A stretch of 64,000 nucleotides of DNA from the human T2T-CHM13v2.0 reference genome, Homo sapiens (GCA_009914755.4 CP086569.2:11456001-11520000); one strand, 5' to 3'; positions 26,531-42,837 are shown, counted from the stretch's first letter. Made by a program: numbers and translations. Notes: generated from the letters alone by a model not told the origin.

Positions 26531-29500
26531 AGTATTTGAAGATATAGCCCATTTCATCTGGTAGCTAGCTGTATGTGTCTGCTCAGCCGTGGATAGGTAT
26601 TTATGCTGTTTCTGAACTGGAGGTTACTGGTATTCTCTAAGGTATAGGAAAATTGATCTTATGTGGCTAACTGAGGTGGATATAGTTGTGTCATTCAGAC
26701 AGTAATGATATAATCATGATAGATTACATTTAACACAACTTACATGTGTTATACTTTAGAAAACACTTCATAGATATTATTACTTCATACCACTTTCCCC
26801 TTACCATATTTGTCTCTCCTTTCTCTGCTGACTTCAGAAAATGTCTCTTCCACACTATTCAATTCATCTCCTTAGTTTGTCAAAATTTTACGTCTCAGAG
26901 TCTCCAAAAAAAAATTCCAGACAAGTCTCATCAGCTTTTGGTTATTGATTAATCAATATCCTTAGAGGCTTCCCCTTCTCAATTCAACATAGCTTCCAAA
27001 TACACTTGCCAGTAAAACAAAGTTGTTTATATGGTTTTGTATTTCTTCCTGCTGAATTATGAACATTTTTTCATATTGACATTGATTTCCATCTGGCCAT
27101 GAAATACTCAAGGTGAAGAAAATGAAACAAAATTGTTAATATTTATCAAGAGCCAGGTACTGTTTTCAGTGTCCTAGAAGCATAAACTAGTGTAATGCTC
27201 ACCAGCTCATATGAGAGGCAAAAATGGATGAAATTATAAAACCAAGACACAGAGAGTTAAGGGAAATTTCCCAAGATCACACAGCCACTGAGGATATGAA
27301 CTAGATTTTGACTTCAGGCTATTTACCCCAGAACCTGTGCTTTCAACCATCATTTGTACTGCTTCCCTAAATTACACTTGACTACACTGTGACATCAAAT
27401 TTCACCTATGACACTGACTATCTGGGGAACTTTGCAACTTATTCTGAATATGACTCAGTTTTCTTTTCTGTACAGAGATAAAGTCAGTATATACTCTATA
27501 GATTCTTTATAAGGATTATATGAAATGACACATGAGAAGGCTTTAAAAGGACTTGGAAAGCAATAAGCTTTTTTGTTTTCAATCATTTTTCAATAGGTTA
27601 TCAGTGTTGTGAATGGTTCATGAAAAATGATTTTGGGCTCAGTGAGTAACTGAAATGTTGTTGCTTAATAGTGTGTTTAATATTAATATAATAGTAACAA
27701 ATGTTGTTATTGTTGAGTAATACTTATTTGGCTTTTCACTGCTTTTCTTTTCTAGTGTTTTAGTCAGAGACTTCTTAAGTCTCCTCAAGTGTGTACACAT
27801 TTCTTAAGTTTGTTGGAAAGTACCAAATTTAAGATATCTTGCATTTTTTTCTTCCTTAGTAAACACTAAATTCCATCACGCAGCAGAAAAAGGGCTCTGT
27901 TATTGTTGGTACAATGGTTTAATATTCACTTGTATTCCCTGTATCGTAGTTCTGATTTAATTGCTATTTAGAATAAAATTTGTTCCTTATTATATGCATT
28001 CATAATTATAAAATTTGTGTTTTAATGCCTTCTACACATATACTGTGCTTTTCTTTATTTCCTTATATCTCTTACTGTTTCATGATCCTGGTATTTGAAA
28101 TCTCATTAAGTGTTGTTTGGGGATTTGCTGGGAATGTCATCTACATAGTAATGTCTCAAGTTTGTAGCATCTTTAAAACATAATAGGAGATGGAATTCAC
28201 AGCAGAGTAATAAACCTCCCGCTTTAGGCAATGTATTTGTGATTGGTATGACTTTGTTCCCAGAGGGCAGTTAGCAACACAATATTAAGGCTATGTGTAC
28301 AAGGAAAACAAATTTTAAAAATCTCCTTTAAAAAAACAGTTTCCTATCCTAACCAGTATCATGCACAGAATCCGTTTCCATCTCTTCATATGGAAGCAGC
28401 TCTGGGTGGACATCTAGAAAGTTGGATAACTATTTATCACATATGATCTGTAAAGGGAGAGATTTACAAGAAAGTGTTAAATTTAATCCATAGGAAAGCA
28501 AAGTCAAAAATCAATGAATTTTCCATTTGTAGTTTTCCCTAGGGGCTCCACTCTCAAGATGGCTTATATGCGTTAGAACTAATTGACTAGGCACAATTGT
28601 TTGTTAGTGACATAAAAGCAAGGTGAGCATTTCTGCTTTATGAGTCCAAGCACAGGGGCATTGGTTTTCTTTGGAAGGATATCATAAAGGCAATGTTTAT
28701 GAGTAATCCCTCATTGTCTTTCCTTCTGTAGCATTCAATGGTATGTACTATAATTTAGAAATGAAAACTATTTAAAGACCACTTGCTAAGTTTCATGTAT
28801 TTCAAATTCTCAGATCCTAAGTGTTTAAATATGCCTATATTTCTTCATGAAAAAAAACATAATCTTTGCCAAGTTAGAAAAAGAAAAAGTCATATTCCCA
28901 TTTTTATCTAAATGTAATCAGAAATTTGGACAGTTTTTAGCCTTCAATACATTATGTAATTTGGGTAACAGGTTGAATAAAAGTAAGGAACTTCAGTTAA
29001 ATTCAGAGAGAAGCTAGTAATTATTTCTAAGACTCAAATGTATAGAACAGATCTCTGATAGTAAGGGTAAAACCCTCAAAGGTGACCCAAAATGGGTAAT
29101 TGTGGGATTATTTTGGGAGGAATCATCATAGATTCTTACTGCTATAAATACAGTCAAATGTCAGATAAATATACTCCACTGAAATGTTTTCTAGGAATGA
29201 TGTTGGAACCAATGTTGGTAATTTTGAAAGTCATGGAGAGGATTTCAGATGATAGAAGTCGGGCAACTATCCCAGGTTTAATAAATAAGTAAATTGTGAG
29301 TTCCAAAAATGCTGTATCAATGAGCCTCATATTGATCCTGAGCACAATTTCAGGAAGGTCCATTAAATGGGTCTTTGGAGAGCACTTAGGATAAAAGGCT
29401 GGCAGCAGGGATTCACTAAGAGCAATGGTGCCAAGCTTGTCTCTTTAGCATTGTTATGTGACTGATAAAGGTAGGCTATAGCGATACACAATACAGATAT

Positions 29501-31364
29501 TTCCAGGGTAAAGCTGTCGAGCTGCTGTAATTTTCCTTGCCTCTTCACTATCTTCTCCTATAGTTGACTCCCAAGGAAAAGATAGTTGACTTTTAATCTA
29601 GAAATGTATGTTAATTAGCAAAAACAAACAAATGAAACCATAAACTATCCTTTAGGCTTCTCTCTGCTCAGTTATTAGATCATATGAATGTGCCCTTAGG
29701 AAACACAGAAGACCCACACTACTATAGAGACAAATTTCTTACATTCTCTGCTGTTTAATGCTCTTCAAAAGACTTACCATACTTCACTAATTTGATTACC
29801 AACTACTTGAACACAGGGACCAATGTGCTTATTAAAAATTTTGCATATTATGAGGGCATTAACTTTTAAGTATTCGATTGTTAAGACAATGCATATTATT
29901 ATAAACCATAGAAGGCACACTTATTACCTCCTTAAGAACCAGTCTCTATTTCTCTGGTTCATAGATCTCCAAGGTCATAGAGGGATTTTACATTTGTGTC
30001 TTCAATTGGCCCTCTTCAGCCCTAGGATAAATAGTGATTAATCTAAGCCAATGGTTTTCAGCTCTGTCTGACCCAATGCCTCTACTTCACAAGAAACTCT
30101 TCAAAGACCCCTTCGCTATTCTAAACTATTAGTGAGAACACAATGTATGCATTCAAGTTGTTGAAAATATTAATGTTATGCTGAAGCTAACAAAGGAGAA
30201 ATAATTTACTGTCAATATATAATCCAAAATGTATATAATTGTGCCAGAACATTTACATATCAAATACAATAGAACATAATGAAATTTTCATATCTTCACC
30301 AATACTTTGATACATTGTAAATAAAAAGCTACAGATATAGTTTCATTGAATAACCAAATGCCAAAACTGCCATTTCTATTGTTGACATGATTGATCTGCA
30401 TTGGTAAATGTAATAGATACTTTCTGTTTGGCCCTTGTCCCCTGTTATACTCCCCTATTTACTGGCTTTCGTCCAAGTGGAATGGTCCATATTGAATATC
30501 TCAATCGGTTCCCTTGCTCATTGCCTTCTATGCATGTTCATGAGATTAAAGGGAAGGAGGTAATGGGATTGGGGGTTATTGCCTAAACTCCCTCTCTGCT
30601 AGGTCTCCTTGACCAATCTTTTTCATAAGAAAATTAGTGTTTCCTTGTGTGATCAGGGCAGTTTACTCTCAAGAACTCTGCCTGCTGCTACTAACCCAGA
30701 GTTATTGTGGGGTGTGATTTCTGTGATTCCTTCACCCTTCTCCCCTGACATTTTCGTAAGTAGTCTCTTTGGAAATAAACCCATGTTAAATTATCTTAGT
30801 TTGTGTGTGTTCTATTTTTCCTATTGAGACTCTGAAATGAGTATCTAAATGAAAAAATCTACCGTCTTTTCTCATATACATAGTAGTTTCGTTCTTGCAA
30901 AATTCATGGCATATTAAAACCATGCAAAAGTATTTGGCACTTAGGCAGTTACATTTGGGATTGTATAATTAAACAAAGCAGGTTATTCGCCTTCATTACA
31001 TTAGAAAGTCTTTCAGGACATGCAGCAATCCTTAATTAGGAGCGGCTATCCCATGTTACTGGACATATGGCATCCCTGTTTTCCAATCCTTAAAGTTTTT
31101 CCTTAAAGTTCCAAAATGCCATCACTTATTATTTCCTGCCATTGGATTTTGTCACATGAAGTTGTAAGGCTGGGAATGCCATAGCCATCTTGAAAACATA
31201 GGTAGAAAGATAAGAGAATCACAAAGAAGTGGATCATGTTGAATTAACTAAGCATTGATACCATCTATTTGTTGTGTGATTTGGTAAAAGTTGCTCCTTG
31301 TTTTTTTCTTCAGTTAGTTGACTATTCTGTTACTTGAAGCTAAAAACTTTTTTCTTTTCTTTCT

Positions 31365-31662
<298 letters not shown>

Positions 31663-32104
31663 ATTTTAACCAATAGCAAAGCACATTATTTCATTACATT
31701 TTTTCAAAAGTTGCAAGTAATTTCAATTAAAAATATTATATAACATGTTTAATGCAATACAAATACTTTTCAATGTACAATGAGGTTAAGTCTTGATAAG
31801 CTGATTATAAATTGAAAATACAGTAAGTTAAAAATGTATTTAATACCTCACTTACAGAATATCACAGCTTAGCCTGGCATACCTTTAATGTGCTCAGAAC
31901 ACTTATATCAGCTGACAATTGGGCAAAATCATTGAATACAAAACCCACTTTATAATAAAGCATTGGATATTTTATGTAATTTGTTGAATATTGTACTGAA
32001 AGTGAAAAGCAGAATGGTTATATTCTATTCAAAGCTATCACTTTTGCTTCATCATAAAGTAAAAAAAATCATAAATTGAACCATTATAAGTTGTTGACCA
32101 TCAG

Positions 32105-32215
32105 TGTATATGTATGTGTGTGTGTACCTATATAAACATGTATGTTTATATATATATTTGTGTGCGTATATATCCTCGGTGTGTGTGTATGTGTCTGAGA
32201 GTGTGTGTGTGTGTA
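32105..32215. repeat. TG/TA-rich low-complexity microsatellite cluster.
   Basis: 'gtatatgtatgtgtgtgtgtacctatataaacatgtatgtttatatatatatttgtgtgcgtatatat...gtgtgtgtgtatgtgtctgagagtgtgtgtgtgtgtatg'. Confidence 0.8.
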
Positions 32216-34628
32216 TGAAATTGTAGGAAAGTAAAATTTCTTATCTTATAGCTATAGCATGTTAACATGTTGGTACCTATCCTCCTGAGATGTGAAATTT
32301 TACATGGATAGATGTGTACATTTACAGTTGTACACAAAGAGAAACATATTCTGTAGGCTCTTTGTTTTTCCACAGTTTCATTCAACACTATCTGGTTTAT
32401 ATGGATGACTACATATATAATGCTAGGATGAAGTTTCTTCTCTATAACTGTGAAACTTCCTTGATTATCAACCCTTGGTATATTCTTAGAATAGGATTTT
32501 ATTTTAGAATTAAGATCCTTGTTTCAGGACTCTAGACTGTTAACACACAGAGCCAATAATTATTCAGAATGGTTGGGTTAGTTCACATTCCCACAGATGA
32601 GACATCAAATGTCCAGGCTGCACAGCCTCATTAACACTAGATTTTCTGGACATTTTATATAGTATTTCATCTTATATAAAAAGTAGAATTCTAATTTAAT
32701 TATGGTTGTTAATTTATTTTTATCTTTTTAGTCATTATGAAAATGTTTAACTATATGAAAAGCTAGGAAAGAGTATTATTTTTTAAGGTAGTACTTCAGA
32801 AATATGTGTGATACTTAATTTTTAAAAATTAACTCTAAAAGAAACTTGAAATGTCTGTTCAATGAAATAGGTTATAAATACTGGTCACATTAGTGAAAAA
32901 TATTTGTTTAAAATTAAAATATCTGCAGCAATCCTGTAGATATTAATAATTTTTAAAGAATGACATCTTCAAAATATAAATGTTCTAAACTTATAATCAG
33001 TTAAATATGTCTCTATTAATACATATAGATACATATATCTAAATAAATTTGAAGACTTCAAATTCCAGGTACAATATAATTTTTTTCTATCCTGTGATTT
33101 GTCATTCAGTATTTTGTAATTTGAACAGAAATATTTTGCCCTAACCACATGTCTGTCTTTTCTCTTACCTAGAAATGTTCTTTTATGCAAAATTGTTTTA
33201 AAGGTCAGTTTGCATGTTTGAAAGCATCTTGTAGAATGTTACACAATATATTGCATATTTGGTTACATTGTTTTAACTGTGTAAATAGGGTTTAAATCTA
33301 TGATGCACTTTAGTGCTGATCATGATGCAAAGCAAATTTATCTGTATAAAATCTTCTGTTAATTTTTTTTATTATTATATTTTAAGTTTTAGGGTACATG
33401 TGCACAACGTGCAGGTTTGTTAGATATGTATACATGGGCCATGTTGGTGTGCTGCACCCATTAACTCGTCATTTAGCATTAGGTATATCTCCTAATGCTA
33501 TCCTTCCCCCCTTCCCCCACTGCACAACTGTCCCCAGTGTGTGATGTTCCCCTTCCTGTATCCATGTTTTCTCATTGTTCAATTCCCACCTATGAGTGAG
33601 AACATGTGGTGTTTGGTTTTTTCCTTGCAATAGTTTGCTGAGAATGATGGTTTCTAGCTTCATCCATGTCCCTACAAAGGACATGAACTCAACATTTTTT
33701 ATGGCTGCCCGGTATTCCATGGTGTATATGTGCCACGTTTTCTTAATCCAGTCTATCATTGTTGGACATTTGTGTTGGCTCCAAGTCTTTGCTATTGTGA
33801 CTAGTGCCACAATAAACATACATGTGCTTGTGTCTTTATAGCAGCATGATTTATAATCCTTTGAGTATATACCCAGTAATGTGATGGCTGGGTCAAATGG
33901 TATTTCTAGTTCTAGGTCCCTGAAGAATCATCACACCAAGTTCCACAATGGTTGAACTGGTTTACAGTCCCATCAACAGTGTAAAAGTTTTCCTATTTCT
34001 CCACATCCTCTCCAGCACCTGTTGTTTCCTGACTTTTTAATGATCGCCATTCTAACTGGTGTGAGATGGTATCTCGTTGTGGTTTTGATATGCATTTCTC
34101 TGATGGCCAGTGATGATGAGCATTTTTTCATGTGTCTTTTGGCTGCAAAATGTCTTCTTTTGAGAAGTGTCTGTTCATTTCCTTTGCCCACATTTTGATG
34201 GGGTTGTTTGTTTTTTTCTTGTGAATTCATTTGAGTTCATTGTAGATTCTGGATATTAGCCCTTTTTCAGATGAGGAGGTCGCAAAACTTTTATCCCATA
34301 CTGTAGGATGCCTGTTCACTCTGATAGTGGTTTCTTTTGCTGTGCAGAAGCTGCTTAGTTTAATTAGATCCCATTTGTCAATTTTGTCTTTTGTTGCCAT
34401 TGCTTTTGGTGTTTTAGACATGAAGTCTCTGCCCATGTTTATGTCCTGAATGGTATTGCCTGGTTTTTCTTCTAGGGTTTTTATGGTTTCAGGTCTAACA
34501 TGTAAGTCTTTAATCCATCGTGAATTAATTTCTGTATAAGGTGTAAGGAAGGGATCTAGTTTCAGCTTTCTATATATGGCTAGCCAGTTTTCCCAGCACC
34601 ATTTATTAAATAGGGTATCCTTTCCCTA

Positions 34629-34733
<105 letters not shown>

Positions 34734-35258
34734 CTAGCACTATGCTGTTTTGGTTACTGTAGCCTTGTAGTATAGCTTGAAGTCAGGTAGCATGATGCCT
34801 CCAGCTTTGTTCTTTTGGCTTAGGATTGACTTGGGAATGTGGGCTCTTTTTTGGTTCCGTATGAACTTTAAAGTAGTTTTTTCCAATTCTGTGAAGAAAG
34901 TCATTGGTAGCTTGATGGAGATGGAATTTAATCTATAAATTACCTTGGAGAGTATGGCGATTTTCACGATATTGATTCTTCCTACCCATGAGCATGGCAT
35001 GTTCTTCCATTTGTTTGTATCCTTTTTTATTTCATTGAGCAGTAGTTTGTAGTTCTCCTTGAAGAGGTCCTTCACTTCCCTTGTAAGTAGTATTCCTAGG
35101 TATTTTATTTTCTTTGAAGCAATTGTGAATGGGAGTTCACTCATGATTTGGCTCTCTGTTTGTGTGTTATTGGTGTATAAGAATGCTTGTGATTTTTGCA
35201 CATTGATTTTGTATCCTGAGACTTTGCTGAAGTTGCTTATTAGCTTAAGGAGATTTTA

Positions 35259-35672
<414 letters not shown>

Positions 35673-35675
35673 TCA

Positions 35676-35768
<93 letters not shown>

Positions 35769-36518
35769 TTATTGAGTATTTTTGCATCAATGTTCATCAA
35801 GGATATTGGTCTAAAATTCTCTTTTTTTTTGTTTTGTCTCTGCCAGGCTTTGGTATCAGGATGATGCTGGCCTCATGAAATGAGTTAGGGAGGATTCCCT
35901 CTTTTTCTATTGATTGGAATAATTTCAGAAGGAATGGTACCAGTTCCTCCTTGTACCACTGGTAGAATTCGGCTGTGAATCTATCTGGTCCTGGACTTTT
36001 TTTGGTCGGTAAGCTATTAATTATTGCCTCAATTTCAGAGTGTTTTATTTGTCTATTCAGAGGTTCAACTTCTTCCTGGTTTAGTCTTGGGAGAGTATAT
36101 GTGTCAAGAAATTTATCTATTTCTTCTAGATTTTCTAGTTTATTTTTGTAGAGGTGTTGATAGTATTCTCTGATTGTAGTTTGTATTTCTGTGGGATCGG
36201 TGGTGATATCCCCTTTGTCAATTTTTATTGCATCTATTTGATTCTTCTGTCTTTTCTTCTTTATTGGTCTTGCTAGTGGTCTGTCAATTTTGTTGATCTT
36301 TTCAAAAAACAGCTTCTGGATTCATTGATTTTTTGAAGGGTGTTTTGTGTCTCTATTTCCTTCAGTTCTGCTCTGATCTTCGTTACTTCTTGCCTTCTGC
36401 TAGCTTTTGAATGTGTTGGCTCTTGCTTCTCTAGTTCTTTTCATTGTGATGTTAAGATGTCAATTTTGTTTCTTTCCTGCTTTCTCTTGTGGGCATTTAG
36501 TGCTGTAAATTTCCCTCT

Positions 36519-37400
36519 TCACACTGCTTTGAATGTGTCCCAGAGATTTCGGTATGTTGTGTCTTTGTTCTTGTTGGTTTCAAAGAATATCTTTATTTCT
36601 GCCTTCATTTCCTTATGTACCCAGTAGTCATTCAGGAGCAGGTTGTTCAGTTTCCATGTAGTTGAGTGGTTTCGAGTGAGTTTCTTAATCCTGAGTTGTA
36701 GTTTGATTGCACTGTGGTCTGAGAGACAGTTTGTTAAACTTTCTGTTCTTTTACATTTGCTGAGGAGTGCTTTACTTCCAACTATGTGGTCAATTTTGGA
36801 ATAGGTGTGGTGTGGTGCTGAAAAGACTACATATTCCGTTGATTTTGGATAGAGAGTTCTGTAGATGTCTATTAGGTCTGCTTGGCGCAGAGCTGAGTTC
36901 AATTCCTGTATATCCTTGTTGACTTTCTGTCTCGTTGATCTGTCTAATGTTGACAGTGGGGTGTTAAAGTCTCCCATTATTATTTTGTGGGCGTCTAAGT
37001 CACTTTCTAGATCACTAAGGACTTGCTTTATGAATCTGGGTGCTTCTGTATAGTCTGCATATATATTTAGGATAGTTATTTCTTGTTGAATTGATCTCTT
37101 TACCGTTATGTAATGGCCTTCTTTGTCTCTTTTGATCTGTGTTGGTTTAAAGTCTGTTTTATCAGAGACTAGGATTGCAACCCCTGCCTTTTTTTGTTTT
37201 CCATTTGCTTCGTAGATCTTCCTCCATCCCTTTATTTTGAGCCTATGTGTGTCTCTGCAGGTGAGAAGGCTTTCCTGAATGCAGCACACTGATGGTTCTT
37301 GACTCTTTATCCAATTTGCCCGTCTGTGCCTTTTAATTGGAGCATTTAACCCATTTACATTTATGGTTAGTATTTTTATATGTGAATTTGATCCTGTCAT
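36519..37400 (-). pseudogene. ORF2: L1 ORF2 N-terminal part (endonuclease domain and start of RT); a 293-aa open stretch.
   Basis: '[34 protein letters not shown]...' is a hallmark of the L1 endonuclease. The downstream RT is interrupted. Confidence 0.85.
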
Positions 37401-37463
37401 TATGATGTTAGCTGGTTATTTTCCTCGTTAGTTGATGCAGTTTCTTCCTAGCCTTGATGGTCT

Positions 37464-38296
37464 TTACAATTTGGCATGTTTTTGCAGTGGCTGGTACCAG
37501 TTGTTCCTTTCCATGTTTAGTACTTCCTTCAGGAGCTCTTTTAGGGCAGGCCTGGTTGTGACAAAATCTCTCAGCATTTGCTTGTCTGTGGAGTATATTA
37601 TTTCTCCTTCACTTATGAAGCTTAGTTTGGCTGGATATGAAATTCTGGGTTGAAAATTCTTTTCTTTAAGAATGTTGAATATTGGCCCCCACTCTCTTCT
37701 GGCTTGTAGAGTTTCTGAGGAGAGATCAGCATTTAGTCTGATGGGCTTCCCTTTGAGGGTAACCTGACCTTTCTCTCTGGCTGCCTTTAAAATTTTTTCA
37801 TTCATTTCAACTTTGGTGAATCTGACAATTATGTGTCTTGGAGTTGCTCTTCTCGAGGAGTATCTTTGTGGCATTCTCTGTATTTCCTGAATTTGTATGT
37901 TGGCCTGCCTTACTAGATTGGGGAAGTTCTCCTGGATAATATCCTGCAGAGTGTTTTCCAACTTGGTTCCATTCTCCCTGTCACTTTTAGATACACCAAT
38001 TAGACATACATTTGGTCGTTTCACATAGTCCCATATTTCTTGGAGGTTTTGTTCATTTCTTCTATTCCTTTTTCCCTAAACTTCTCTTCATGCTTTATTT
38101 CAATCATTTCGTCTTCCATCGCTGATACTGTTTCTTCTAGTTGATCACGTTGGATACCGAGGCTTATGCATTTGTCATGTAGTACTTGTGCCATGGTTTT
38201 CAGCTCCATCTGGTCCTTTAAGGACTTCTCTGCATTTGTTTTTCTAGTTATCCATTCGTCTAATTTTTTTTTCAAAGTTTTTAACTTCTTTGCCAT
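37464..38296 (-). pseudogene. ORF1: L1 ORF1 split into two ORFs (91 aa and 186 aa) by an in-frame stop or frameshift.
   Basis: 'MAKKLKTLKKKLDEWITRKTNAEKSLKDQMELKTMAQVLHDKCISLGIQRDQLEE' is the ORF1 coiled coil. '...RFTKVEMNEKILKAAREKGQVTLKGKPIRLNADLSSETLQARREWGPIFNILKEKNFQPRISYPAKLSFISEGEI' is the ORF1 RRM and C-terminal domain. Confidence 0.85.
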
Positions 38297-40859
38297 TGGT
38301 TCAAACTTCTTCCTTTAGTTCGGAGTACTTTGATCTTCTGAAGCCTTCCTCTCTCAACTCATCAAAGTCATACTCCGTCCAGCTTTGTTCCATTGCTGGT
38401 GAGGAGCTGCATTCCTTTGCAGGAGGAGAGGCACTCTGATTTTTAGAGTTTCCAGTTTTTCTGCTCTGTTTTTTCCCATCTTTGTGGTTTTATCTTCCTT
38501 TGGTCCTGGATGATGGTGACATACAGATGGGGTTTTGGTGTGGATGTCCTTTCTGTTTGTTAGTTTTCCTTCTAACAGTCAGGACCCTCAGCTGCAGGTC
38601 TGTTGGAGTTTACTGGAGGTCTACTCCAGACACTATTTGCCTGGGTATCAGCAGCGGTGGCTGCAGAACAATGGATATTGGTGAACTGCAAATGCTGCTG
38701 CCTGATCGTTCCTCTGGAAGTTTTGACTCAGAGGGGTACCCGGCCATGTGAGATGTCAGTCTGCCCCTACTGGGGGCTGCCTCCCAGTTAGGCTACTCAG
38801 GGGTCAGGAACCCACTTGAGGAGGCTGTCTGCCCGTTCTCAGATCTCAAGCTGCATGCTGGGAGAAACACTACTCTCTTCAAAGCTGTCAGACAGGGGCA
38901 TGTAAGTCTGCAGAGGTTATTGCTGTATTTTGTTTGTCTGTGCCCTGACCCCAGAGGTGGAGCCTACAGAGGCAGGCTGGCCTCTTTGAGCTGTTGTGGG
39001 CTCCACCCAGTTTGAACTTCCTGGCTGCTTTGTTTACTTACTCAAGCCTGGGCAATGGCAGGCGCCCCTCCCCCAACCCCACTGTAACTTTGCAGTTTGA
39101 TCTCAGACTGCTGTGCTAGCCAACAGCGAGGCTCTGTGGGTGTAGGATCCTCCAAGCCAGGTACTGGATATAATCTCCTGGTGTGCCATTTGATAAGCCT
39201 GTTGGAAAAGTGCCGTATTAGGGTGGGAGCGACCTGATTTTCCAGGTTCCATCTGTTACCCCTTTCTTTGACTAGGAAAGGGAATTCCCTGACCCATTGT
39301 GCTTCCCAGGTGAGGTGACGCCTTGTCCTGCTTTGGCTCATGCATAGTGAGCTGCACCCACTGTCCAGCACTCCCCAGTGAGATGAACCTGGTACCTCAG
39401 TTGGAAATGCAGATATCACCTGTCTTCTGCATCACTCATGGTGGGAGCTGTAGACTGGAGCTGTTCCTATTCGACCATGTTGCCTCCATCCTCTAATTTT
39501 TAACTTTCAAAAGATTAGATACATTTACCCTTTTCTGAATTTTAATTCCTGATACAAAGATTGTGAAATCTCAAGAGGATAATGAATCAGCTTCTGATTA
39601 TATTCTGGAATTACGATTTGATCACCCATCCAAGAATGCGTATTCACTTTCCTTTACATTACACACATGCATAATACCATGCTGAGTGATGCTGGAAAAA
39701 GTGAGTCTTCAGTAATGCCCTCATAAATTACAGTCTCATTACACCGAGGTATTTTCTTTTTAACCCTTTTTTTCTTTTCTGCTGTGAATATGTGCCTTCT
39801 AAGAGGTGAAAAACTGGGAAAAACTGAAAAAGAACCTTCATCTAATTCAATAACTACCTTTTGTATCTTCTAAGAATTTTTATCTCCAGAAAGCTCTAAT
39901 CTTCATTCCTTTAAAGCTTTATTTCTCTCTCCTTTCCAACATCAGACTTTTCTGTTTGTTTTCTACACCTTTTTTAGAGATGCCTACAATAGAAAAAAAC
40001 TATGACATATTCAATACATCAGAAAAGTTTGCATTGCCCTAGAAAAGAATGAATTATCTGTTTATAAAGAAAAAAACAATAAAAATATGAAGCAAGAAAG
40101 CACAGAAGGTAGTAACCACATTTAGATGTTTATCATGGAATCATCTTTATAATCCATCTGTTACAATTCCACAGAGCAAATTACAAGTAATTGTGAAGTT
40201 TCCCCTCATTTTATAGGTTTGGTCTTATAAGGCATACAACACAAATTTTAATACTTTTCTTTTTGGTATTTGGATCTTAATTTGGTCAAGTGGCCGCTGG
40301 GTAGATGATGGAGCCTCTTGAGACATACAGTCTTCTTCTAGCTTTGTTGATGTGAATATTACTGTGTAGTTTTCATTCACTTATTATTTTACAAGGCATG
40401 CTTCATTAAAAATATGTCAGCATCTCATTGACAAATCACAAAATTTAAAAGGCACAAGAAAAAAGCAATTTATTTGAAACATTCCTGTGTGAAAGTAGTC
40501 ACCACTCTTACTATTCTTCAAATATTTTTATTATATTTAAACACAAGCCTAGTTTTACCTCGAGTGTCTGACCTTGATGATATTGTACACTTTAAACTTG
40601 GAAAAAATTGAACTCTATTGGAAATTTCCTACAGATCAGCTTTTCTAGATGCCAAGCGCCTTGTTTCAGCTGCGGTGATGACAGCAAATTGGGTTCTCAG
40701 GAATTCTGGCCACTGGCATCATCTCAGTTGTTTATAATTGAAGTTGGCTCTGACGAGAACTCAGCTTAGATGCATGGTTGGACTGCTGGGCTTAAGGCTA
40801 GCCTTCCAGGAGGTTGCATTGAGGTGTAACTAGGCAAAGAAAGAAGGAGTTTATTGAGG

Positions 40860-41235
40860 CACTACTGACAATAGCAGACTTGGAACCAACCCAAATGTCC
40901 AACAATGATAGACTGGATTAAGAAAATGTGGCACATATACACCATGGAATACTATGCAGCCATAAAAATGATGAGTTCTTGTCCTTTGTAGGGACATGGA
41001 TGAAGCTGGAAACCATCATTCTCAGCAAACTATCACAAGGGGGAACATCACACACTGGGGCCTGTTGTGGGGTGAGGGGCTAGGGGAGGAAAAGCATTAG
41101 GGGATATACCTAATGAAAATGATGAGTTAATGGGTGCAGCACACCAACATGTCACATGTATACATATGTAATGAACCTGCACGTTGTGTACATGTACCCT
41201 AGAACTTAAAGTATAATAAAAAAAAAAAGAAGGAG
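40860..41235 (+). mobile_element. 5'-truncated L1PA 3' end (~375 bp) with poly-A.
   Basis: 'caacccaaatgtccaacaatgatagactggattaagaaaatgtggcacatatacaccatggaatactatgcagccataaaaatgatgagttc...gggtgcagcacaccaacatgtcacatgtatacatatgtaatgaacctgcacgttgtgtacatgtaccctagaacttaaagtataataaaaaaaaaa'. Confidence 0.93.
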
Positions 41236-42837
41236 GTTGGGCAAAATTACCAACAATCTTCATCTATGAATTTTTATGAGTAGGTGCTTCTCACACCATC
41301 AGGCACTCCAAGTTGGAGAAACAAGGGATGTTGAATTGAAAGTTTAATTGTTTAGGCTTGATAGTCAGATTAGGGAAGTTTTGGGTACACCTTTCCCACT
41401 CTAGAGCCCTCTCCCTAACTCAGGGTCAATTTGGGACATGGGCTCAATGGAAAAGAGTGCCAAGATCAATTAGAAATATCCATCATGAACATAGGAGGCA
41501 GGCATTCTGGCCAAGGGGTGCGTCGTCCCACTTTGTAATCCAGAGTGCGATTTCTTCTTGCTCTCTGTCCCTCCATAAATAAGCGTTGGGTGAAGGACAA
41601 GCTAGTTACAACTGAGGATGGAATGAGATTCTAGCAGAATTGCAAAATGAACTGAGAGCCACGAAAGTGTTCCTCTGTGAACAAGCAGAGAGATCTGTGG
41701 AAGGCAAAGGAAGAGGAGCCAAGAGGCCAGATAACATTCCTGCTTCCCCTACATTGTGAGAGTGAAATTATCCGCAAAGTATATCAGTAACTAACCAGAG
41801 GCTTTTTAGAGAGTAAGACTTCTGATAGATACCTTAATAGCTGAAGTTGCTCTTCAGTACTGCACATAACCTGTGGACAGATTTTCATCATTATTAATTC
41901 ATTTATTCAACAGATAGATATTAAATTCAAGCCATAGTTCTAAACTATGCAGTCAATTACAAAAAAATAATGAAGGGCATTAGCTGTGCCTCATAGGATG
42001 TTAAAACTCTAGGTGCTGAATGAGACAAATAGGGTTCCCACATCAAGTGCCTGGGCTCCTGTTATAACCTGGACTGTGCTTCCAATGACTTCTCTTGTTT
42101 CTGTTTTGGTAAACTCATCATTTGGCTTAGTCCCTATCCTTGCCATGCTCACCCACCAGTAGGTGGACCTCCTTGACCATAACTACAGGCATAGATCTTT
42201 CATTGTTTCTTTTCAAATGTTTGCTTACTTTAGAGCCGCAGTCAAATGTTGTTTGGACCATAAGACTCTGAGGGTGTGTGTGGTTGAAACTGTCTTGAGA
42301 CTCAAAGAGCTATTGAGGAAGGGATTTGGTAGCTGAACTCTTTTTAAGTTTTTCTCTGTCTCTCACACATCTGGGGCTGAATAGCTTAACATATTGTTTA
42401 ATTTCTACGTCAATGATAGTTTAATAGGCATTCATGCAAATCAGTTGTGCTGGGAGTTTATTATCCTACTCCAATAGCAAGTAACGCATTCCTTAAATTT
42501 AGTGTACGTATAAATTCTACATGGTAAGTGAAGCTGTCTTTATGAATTGCTGCTATAGAATATACTAGATTGTGTAGGTTTTAGTACAATCCAGGTAATT
42601 ATCAAGCCTTTGTAATATTTTCAGGAAAGTGATCCTTTCACTTCAGTTTATGGAACTTGGAAAGTTTTCAATGGCCACCCACTTGTTAGATCATAAACTT
42701 AATTCTATGTATCTGAATTTATTTTTCTATTTATAAATTTATCTGGATGTTTTCTCAAAGGTTTCCCAGATTAAAAAAACCTATGGCTTTGTAAAATAAA
42801 AACAGAAGTAATAAGAATTGTGTTAAAAAACAGAATC